Source of the DNA: Botryllus schlosseri | Lineage: Eukaryota | Reading direction: 5' to 3' | DNA length: 64,000 nt | Assembly: GCA_051294905.1 (NCBI GenBank) | Contig: CM119376.1 | Span: 10,726,001 to 10,790,000 of the forward strand | Shown here: positions 51,314 through 64,000 of the stretch, one piece after another | Layout of the letters: each line of letters begins with the position of its first letter | Position numbering within the stretch: position 1 is the first letter of the stretch | Translations under genes and position numbers: made by a program | Notes under the pieces: model-generated | Told to the model about the DNA's origin: nothing | What the model saw: only the letters and a program-made list of their open reading frames with translations | Database searches by the model: none

Positions 51314-54300
51314 ATGCCGTCTAAAGATTCACCAAGAACCGCAACTGCCTCCGATGTCAAATTGGATTTATATTTCCTGATTGCGCAATTCCTCAAGAAC
51401 GGCCCGTGCCAGGAAGCTGGGTCAACTCTTATAAAAGAACTCGAACGCAATGGCTTGTTGCACAGGAGTTTGGATTGGACCGGAAGTCCTCGTCCGCCTG
51501 ATTTTGCGCATTCCACATCAAGGTTTAGGGATATACCGCCGGATTATCTATTGAAGCTGTGTGAAAGAATCGGTCCTGTTTTAGACAAGACACTGCCACC
51601 GCCAGTACCTTCACATCCATCATTATGCTCGTTAGGGAGGTACTCCATGCTACGAGATGAAAAGACTGTCTCAACAACACAGTGGAATGCGAGATCTTTT
51701 TCTGCATCAATAGGCAGAAAGCCGTTAGTCCCTCCTCAAAATTTTATCAAATCTCCAAATTGGGCTTACGGAATTTTTGGTCGTGAAAATGGAGGCTCGC
51801 GTTTCAAGAATTTGCTCCGGCCTATCCAAACTTTATACCAACAAATGAAATTGTACCAGCGCATATTGGGACATTTGTCGTCAGTGTATTGTGTTTTGTT
51901 CGATCGCACGGGCACACGGATATTCACTGGGTCCGACGATTGTTTGATAAAGTCATGGTCCTCCAGCCAAGGCCGTCTTCTTGCCACATTTCGCGGGCAC
52001 CAGTCTGAAATCTGCGATATGGACATCAGCTACGAAAACACAATACTAGCGTCAGCGAGTTGTGACAAAGAAATCCGTATTTGGGATGCCAAAAACGGAA
52101 AGCCAATTACCATTCTTCAAAGTCATAGTGCAATGATAACCAGCGTTGAATTCAGCCCAATGGTACAGGGAAATACGCGTTACCTCATCAGCACCGGCCG
52201 AGATGGTAATGTTGTGTTTTGGGTTTGGAACGTGCAAACATTTAATTTTGAGTCACAGCCGCACAAATTCCAGGAGAGAAACAGGCCCGGGGTTGCTATG
52301 TTGTGTTCGTCATGCAGCTCGGGTGGGCGTTTCATTGCGGTTGGGGGGTCGGATAATCTCGTTCACATTTACCATATTCCATTTGAGCATGACGGCGGTA
52401 GCGCGATAGGTCCTTTGACTATCGCGGAACAGGATGAACATACGAATACGGTTGATAGCATTTGGTTTTCGCACGAAGGCTTGAGACTTGTGAGCGGTTG
52501 CAAAGATGGTACTGCCAGAATATGGACTTTTGAATTTTCCACCTGGACATCGTTGGTTCTTGACGTGTCTCGAACTTTTGACTCCCCGTTAGATCCCGTA
52601 ATGAATGCCACCAAACCTAATACCTCCACCTCGAAATCTGGCAACTCATCAAAATCCCAGAGTAAAGAAAACGCCAACAGAATCTGCGTCATTATGGTGG
52701 CTTGGGATTGCTGCGATGAAAACGTGATGACGTCTCTCACAAATTTCACGATCAAGGTCTGGAATTCAAACTCGAGAATGTTAGTCAGCATCTTGAAAGG
52801 CCACACCGACGAGGCGTACTGTTTAGAGCCCCATCCGATGGACAAGCGGGTGCTGTTAAGCGCGGGCCACGACGGCAATGTCTTTTTGTGGGATGTGATA
52901 TCTGGCATGTCGTTGATGAATTTCCATAATATGTTGGAAGGGCTAGGGCACGGTGCTGTGTTTGACGCCAAGTTTTCAAGAGACGGTCATTCATTCGCTT
53001 GTACAGACTCACACGGGCATTTACTTATATTCGGTTTCGGCGATGGGAAAGTCTATCAAAAATGCCCTGTACAACAATTTTTCCACACTGATTACAGACC
53101 GCTTATTCGCGATCAACACGGGTACGTTTTAGATGAGCAAACCCAACAAGCGCCTCATCTTATGCCGCCTCCTTTTCTCGTCGATATGGACGGCAATCCG
53201 TATCCGCCCGAATTGCAGAGACTTGTCCCGGGCCGGCAAAGCTCGAATGATTTGCAGTTATTGCCCAATTTGGTGGTGCAAGAAAATGACGCTTTCGAAG
53301 TGATCGATGTTGAAAATATCCCAGATGAACCGCAGCCTGCACCAGATGCTGCCGCCAGGTCTGCGCTCGATCAAAGGATTCAACAATTGATAAATTCAGA
53401 ACCAGTGGAGGATAGCGATGAGGCGCCGCCTGCAGGTGAGCCCGCTCCGTTTGCATCGCCTAGCTCATCGGTTACTTTACGCAGAGAGGGTGACACTGCT
53501 GGCGTGCGGCAAATGCACCCAAACGCGCCTCGAAGTCAGGTCGCCTCTATGGCTGACATAGTGGCTTTAAACCAACGAACCATCACGCCACAATTCACGG
53601 ACGAAGAGCAAGCGCACCGTACGGCGGTTCGGAAAGAGAAAGGTCACGCTGAGTTGCAATGGTACAGGAGAGAACGGAAGAAAAGACGTCCGGTTTCCCA
53701 TCGCAGGCTTTCGCGAGACGCTCCAAAAGAACTGGAGACGCGGAGGAGGATTAGACACACGGTTCGGCCGCGTTACAAAGAACCGTCCTGCGATGACGAA
53801 AATACAGACGATGATCGCAGCCGAGAGTTGCGTAGAAGACTCATTAGCGTCATACCTTCTCACGCGCATCGGTACAGCACAAGATCGACTGCTCCAAGAT
53901 CGCGACGTTTATCCGTTCCTGAAAGCATTGATGAAGAACCTTTGGATATCGACACGGTAGACGCCGTGTCTACTAGCGAACATGACGAAACTTCAGCGGA
54001 TTCGTCCAGCTGTGAAGATTACAGCGAAAAAGCCAAGATAATACGTACAAGCCGCAGACGGGAACAGCACAAGCACCGTAAAGAAAATAGGAAGAGTAAA
54101 AACCAGGGTGTCAATAAGTTTATCAGTAACGGCTTACGGCGTAGTCAACGACAAAGGAAGGTACCTAATCGGTTACGTAACACTGAGATCGGTGATTCAA
54201 GTAGTGCGGATAGCGAAGACAATGATGCAAATATTCCGGCATCGCCTTTTTTGACACCAGACAGTCGTAATGGGAATGCTCTAAAAGTGCCCGGTCGCAG

Positions 54301-56929
54301 AAAACCGAGAAAGCAACGGATCGTTTCAAACGCGTCGAGCACTCTTGAATTGTCCGACTCTGAAAGCAAAAACGCGATCATAAACCAGCCAACGACGTCC
54401 GCGCAGTGCAAAACCGAAACTGATGTGCAATCCAACGGGAATGAACCTACCTCATCAAAAGCAAACGTTGCCGTAAAAATCAAAAGCGAAAACCCAAATC
54501 CAAATCAAGTCGCTCCCCAGTGCTACCTCCCGCCGGACTGGATACGGCGGTCTACCCCGTGCATCTTTCCGTACGTGCCACAAATCGATGACGAAGTCAT
54601 GTACATCCGTCAGGGCCACGAAATGTACGTGAACGAAGTGACCAAACATCACGTCTGGTCGATCGGAAACACAGAGTTGTGTTATGCGAAGTATCCGGAC
54701 ATTAGTTTCGCCGAGCCTTGTCAGGTCACTGGCATCGCGTACAAAGTGGGACCGCCGACATTGTGCGAAGTGGAGCTGCATAGAATCAATTTGAAATTGT
54801 CCAAGAAATCGACGATCACCGTTTGCTATCATGACATGCCCAACGTTGTCGATTTTCTAATTCTAAAAGATAAGTATGACGCCAGCATCTCCAAGACTTG
54901 GTCGGAAGGCGATTATTTCCGGTCTATAATAGACGACACTTGGTGGTATGGGACAGTGGTCGCGAAAAACCCAATCGATCCCAAATATCCGCAAAGCCAC
55001 TTTCAAGAAGTCCACATACTATGGGACGGCGACAACGGCCTGGCTGATTACGATGACCTGTCTCCGTGGGACATGGAAGTGGTTCCGCGTGGTGTGGTGA
55101 CGCGGTCTCATGATAACTCAAAAGGTCACGTTCGCCTTGACGATAAAGAATTGTATGATGCTGTGTGTTATAAAATGAAAGCGTCAGATTGGGCTAGCCG
55201 TAACGATAGCGATTCCGACGATAATAATCCTTCAGAGGCTTTGAAAAAGAGAATGGTACGCGAATGCAAGCGTATCGCCCGTGGCGTGCAGCATCTTATT
55301 TTACAGCAGCAGTTTGACGATTTTGTGCAGCCCGTCGATACCGTGCAGTATCCGGCTTACCCATTGTATGTCGCGTTCCCAACTGATCTGTCTGTGATTT
55401 TAGAGAGAGTGAAGAATCACTATTACCGCCGGCAGTCTGCGATATCCTGGGAGATAGCGCAGCTCGAAGGGAACGCGGTCACGTTCAACGAGCCCGATTC
55501 GTACATTGCCAAAAAAGCGAAATTACTGCATCAAATACTCGATTGTTTTGTGAAAGACCCAAACTGCCGTAATATCGACGATTTGCAGTCCAATTTTCTT
55601 GACGAAACGGCTGACGACGCAGATTCTTCTTTTCACGGAGAAAACTCAGAATCAGGCGAAGATCAGAAAGTTTTGTCAGACTCGGAATGCGAATCGGAAT
55701 CGGACGAAAACCACGCTACGGACTCGCAGGACGTGAGCGAAAACGTAACTACTGCTGAAGAAGAGGAAGATTCCGGGAAAGTTATTTTATGGATGGAAGA
55801 ATGTAAAAAGTTACTGGTGGACGTGATGGGAGTGCAGGATTCGCGTCCTTTCCGGCGCAGGCAGGTTAAAGACGAGGAGGACGATATCGCGAGCGATACG
55901 GAATCAACTGCCGTCGACTTGACGACGATCGAAGGCCGGCTGTTGAATTCCCAGTATGAAAACCCCGAGCGTCTGCAGAATGACGTGCAGGATATGTTCG
56001 CGTCATTCAAAAGCTCAAATCCTTCGAGAGAAGGCCGGTCGATGCTCGCCAGGCTGGCTCCGCTTATGAACTCGAAAATTGATGTTATCGTGGAAGACTG
56101 GAGGAAGAAGCAGGCGGCAAATTCTGCGGTCGCCACGCGGAGGTCGAGACGTAATGCATCGCGAACAGAACGATATCTGATTTCAGAGACCCGAGTGTCA
56201 CGCGTTTATCCCATGCAGGGCGCGCGTGTTTTGAGGTCCCAACGCTGCAGTCGCAGTATTTCTAATTTAAATGATTTTGTGGAGGAATCGGACTGTGTTC
56301 GCGACGACGGTGATCTTGTCGAGTCCAGCCACGGAGAGTACGAAATAGCCGTGGCAGCGCCTGGAAAACGCAGCTTGCCAGTGTCCGACGACGGTCAGGG
56401 AGACGCGAGTCTGTCCTTGCGACTTCGCAAGAAACGCAAAAAGAGTTCTGGGTTCAAAGACGATTCCAGTGACGATCGGGACGATGTTCCGGTCCAGACG
56501 CGACCTTTTTTGAAATCGAATGGTCGGTCGGACGTAGGCATCGCGGACGCATCGGATAATTTGCATAATCATCGTTTGCGAGAGAAAAGAAGCAAGCCGG
56601 CACGATTCGTGGATTACTTCGACGTTGAACCGGACCGCGAGCACAATGTGAAGGAGTCTAAACCCGTGCGCAAATCGTCCCGGTCTAGAAAACCGATCGG
56701 GCTCTATGTTGATTCCGAATCTGAGAGCGAAGCGTACAGGGATATAGCCGAAGACGTGGAAATAGACTGTGGGCCTTCGGCCCCGGAAGCGCACTTGGTT
56801 CCGAAAAAGAGCTCTAGATTCCGAAACGGATCGTTCGCGTACGAACGGACACACGCCAGACCGTCCAGGTCAGCGCGTAAGCGACGTGTGTCCAGTCATT
56901 CTAATGTTAGCGACTCTGACGGGAGATGA
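51314..56929 (+). CDS. BRWD: Bromodomain and WD-repeat protein (BRWD1/BRWD3/PHIP family), single-exon ORF, 1871 aa
   Basis: N-terminal DLYFLIAQFLKNGPCQ; WD40 repeats (GHLSSVYCVLFDRTGTRIFTGSDD, HPMDKRVLLSAGHDG); QFFHTDYRPLIRD; PYVPQIDDEVMYIRQGH; cryptic Tudor (GDYFRSIIDDTWWYG...SPWDME); bromodomain 1 (PTDL...YYRR...TFNEPDS); diverged bromodomain 2. Confidence 0.97.
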   Translation: MPSKDSPRTATASDVKLDLYFLIAQFLKNGPCQEAGSTLIKELERNGLLHRSLDWTGSPRPPDFAHSTSRFRDIPPDYLLKLCERIGPVLDKTLPPPVPSHPSLCSLGRYSMLRDEKTVSTTQWNARSFSASIGRKPLVPPQNFIKSPNWAYGIFGRENGGSRFKNLLRPIQTLYQQMKLYQRILGHLSSVYCVLFDRTGTRIFTGSDDCLIKSWSSSQGRLLATFRGHQSEICDMDISYENTILASASCDKEIRIWDAKNGKPITILQSHSAMITSVEFSPMVQGNTRYLISTGRDGNVVFWVWNVQTFNFESQPHKFQERNRPGVAMLCSSCSSGGRFIAVGGSDNLVHIYHIPFEHDGGSAIGPLTIAEQDEHTNTVDSIWFSHEGLRLVSGCKDGTARIWTFEFSTWTSLVLDVSRTFDSPLDPVMNATKPNTSTSKSGNSSKSQSKENANRICVIMVAWDCCDENVMTSLTNFTIKVWNSNSRMLVSILKGHTDEAYCLEPHPMDKRVLLSAGHDGNVFLWDVISGMSLMNFHNMLEGLGHGAVFDAKFSRDGHSFACTDSHGHLLIFGFGDGKVYQKCPVQQFFHTDYRPLIRDQHGYVLDEQTQQAPHLMPPPFLVDMDGNPYPPELQRLVPGRQSSNDLQLLPNLVVQENDAFEVIDVENIPDEPQPAPDAAARSALDQRIQQLINSEPVEDSDEAPPAGEPAPFASPSSSVTLRREGDTAGVRQMHPNAPRSQVASMADIVALNQRTITPQFTDEEQAHRTAVRKEKGHAELQWYRRERKKRRPVSHRRLSRDAPKELETRRRIRHTVRPRYKEPSCDDENTDDDRSRELRRRLISVIPSHAHRYSTRSTAPRSRRLSVPESIDEEPLDIDTVDAVSTSEHDETSADSSSCEDYSEKAKIIRTSRRREQHKHRKENRKSKNQGVNKFISNGLRRSQRQRKVPNRLRNTEIGDSSSADSEDNDANIPASPFLTPDSRNGNALKVPGRRKPRKQRIVSNASSTLELSDSESKNAIINQPTTSAQCKTETDVQSNGNEPTSSKANVAVKIKSENPNPNQVAPQCYLPPDWIRRSTPCIFPYVPQIDDEVMYIRQGHEMYVNEVTKHHVWSIGNTELCYAKYPDISFAEPCQVTGIAYKVGPPTLCEVELHRINLKLSKKSTITVCYHDMPNVVDFLILKDKYDASISKTWSEGDYFRSIIDDTWWYGTVVAKNPIDPKYPQSHFQEVHILWDGDNGLADYDDLSPWDMEVVPRGVVTRSHDNSKGHVRLDDKELYDAVCYKMKASDWASRNDSDSDDNNPSEALKKRMVRECKRIARGVQHLILQQQFDDFVQPVDTVQYPAYPLYVAFPTDLSVILERVKNHYYRRQSAISWEIAQLEGNAVTFNEPDSYIAKKAKLLHQILDCFVKDPNCRNIDDLQSNFLDETADDADSSFHGENSESGEDQKVLSDSECESESDENHATDSQDVSENVTTAEEEEDSGKVILWMEECKKLLVDVMGVQDSRPFRRRQVKDEEDDIASDTESTAVDLTTIEGRLLNSQYENPERLQNDVQDMFASFKSSNPSREGRSMLARLAPLMNSKIDVIVEDWRKKQAANSAVATRRSRRNASRTERYLISETRVSRVYPMQGARVLRSQRCSRSISNLNDFVEESDCVRDDGDLVESSHGEYEIAVAAPGKRSLPVSDDGQGDASLSLRLRKKRKKSSGFKDDSSDDRDDVPVQTRPFLKSNGRSDVGIADASDNLHNHRLREKRSKPARFVDYFDVEPDREHNVKESKPVRKSSRSRKPIGLYVDSESESEAYRDIAEDVEIDCGPSAPEAHLVPKKSSRFRNGSFAYERTHARPSRSARKRRVSSHSNVSDSDGR

Positions 56930-58200
56930 CGCAGTCAGAGCGTTATCTAAAATCCGCAATCATCATGTCCATAGTCAGCATTTGAAAGTTAATCCATGTC
57001 TGTTCGAGGTTTGTCATTTTTTGACATTTGAGCATGCAACGCGATGAAAAACGACACTTTTACGTATGGTATACGACACTTTTAGAATGTGACTTTACAA
57101 CTCCAAAAGTAACGTTAACCGTAGGCTCCGTAGCCCCAATCCTTTGCCTAACTGAAGCCTAATTTTAACCATCCCGACTTGAACATAAAACCGCCACAAG
57201 TGTCGCGTGCTATTACGTTGCATGCTGATTTGTCCGCGAACCGTTCATGGTATGTCGTACTCCAATCTATGCATTTCATAACCTTTCATGCCCAGTCTGT
57301 TTTGACGAATGCAACTTTTGCCAAATTTGTGTCGTTGTAGTGAGTACAATTCTTTTTCGTTGTGATACGTTGATACGATACGGGTAACGTTGAATTTTAG
57401 AGCATTCAGAACCGGGCATTTAGCGCTACTGAAGTCGAAAGGCACTGGATGATGTTCTTCAGTTTCCCTCAAGATATTTCAGTGATCTATGAACAAAACT
57501 GGCCGATCTTTTGACGCGTTGCGTTTTCCAACAGTGACATTTTGCCGGTCTTTTTCCGGGTCGTTCGGCTTTTTATCGTATCGAAATTAGACACTCTACT
57601 TTTTTCCCATTTCTGCCATACGGGCAAAAATAAGTTCCTTGGACCCGTTAGACGGGAGTTGGTTTACGTCATCAAGTCTGGTTGTAGAGTTTGAACTGAT
57701 GTGTGGGGTAAAAACGGGAACATGTAGTAACAGTACTTGGTGAATGGTTTGCGTCAAGGTACAGCCTGTTGTATTGAAAATGGCAATTTTAACGAACTAT
57801 CTTGGTCATCTGGATGCCATAATAGACTTCTTTAATGTCGCCTGATATTTTATTTAGAGATTTCTGTAAGCGGGGATTGACTTTCATGAATTTTTTCCGT
57901 CATACTCCATCAAGCCACGTTAGACGCAACTGAACAAAAGGCCTGTCTAAATGTCAGAATTTCCGTTTCATGTTCTTTTAAATTCCGTCGATTAGTCTTG
58001 TTCTTTTTTGCCATCAGACCGTTGGTCTGGTGTATTTGTCGTGAGTTCTCAAGTTGTTATTGCATATTTTTTCGCATTACGGTTTGTGTCTTCTTTTTGG
58101 GTATTATTCGCTTGTCTCCATTTTTTGGATTGCTTTTCCTAGGTTTTGGCGGAGTCAACTATATTTTGAATTGGTAACCTGGTGTGCATGGTACGAAAAA

Positions 58201-63864
<5,664 letters not shown>

Positions 63865-64000
63865 GTAAGAGTGACCCGTAGTTGTATTTCTGACAAATTT
63901 GTTGGGTTGATATAATAACGGCCGAATTTGTATCTTGTCTGTTGATGGACGAACCAGCCAATATGTTGTTCGGTCGAAATTGCCAAGTCGTAAAGATTTA

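Noticed and set aside
51274-57047. Multiple 60-200 aa antisense and alternate-frame ORFs over BRWD, and similar ones over Slit and RtcB exons
   Set aside because: Shadow ORFs of GC-richer coding sequence with no domain signatures

Overview
Eukaryotic (animal) genomic DNA, most likely an invertebrate chordate such as an ascidian tunicate. That assignment is inference: a vertebrate-type 9-EGF Slit, a miR-218-like hairpin, and many 57-71 bp GT-AG introns. All three protein-coding genes are on the + strand. (1) A Slit axon-guidance ligand gene: 32 coding exons assembled by hand from 8744 to the stop at 33944, about 1460 aa in the window, frame-consistent at every junction. The signal peptide and first LRR exons lie upstream of the window. 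(2) A BRWD1/BRWD3/PHIP orthologue encoded by one uninterrupted 5.6-kb ORF (51314-56929, 1871 aa). (3) The first 7 coding exons of the RNA ligase RtcB (58201-63864), running off the right edge. The best hidden feature is a divergent miR-218 hairpin (18447-18531) in the Slit intron after the LRR-domain-2 C-cap exon, which appears to be the intron that hosts miR-218 in vertebrate SLIT2/SLIT3. Other notable points are a minimal Penelope-type hammerhead ribozyme in a foldback element in the next intron, loss of the canonical Slit-N/Slit-C cleavage motif with gain of furin-like basic motifs at the cystine knot, and a possible BRWD-RtcB operon. Introns and the 35-51 kb intergenic region are dense in tRNA-derived SINEs, non-autonomous DNA transposons with intact 8-bp target-site duplications (TSDs), and decayed transposase relics.
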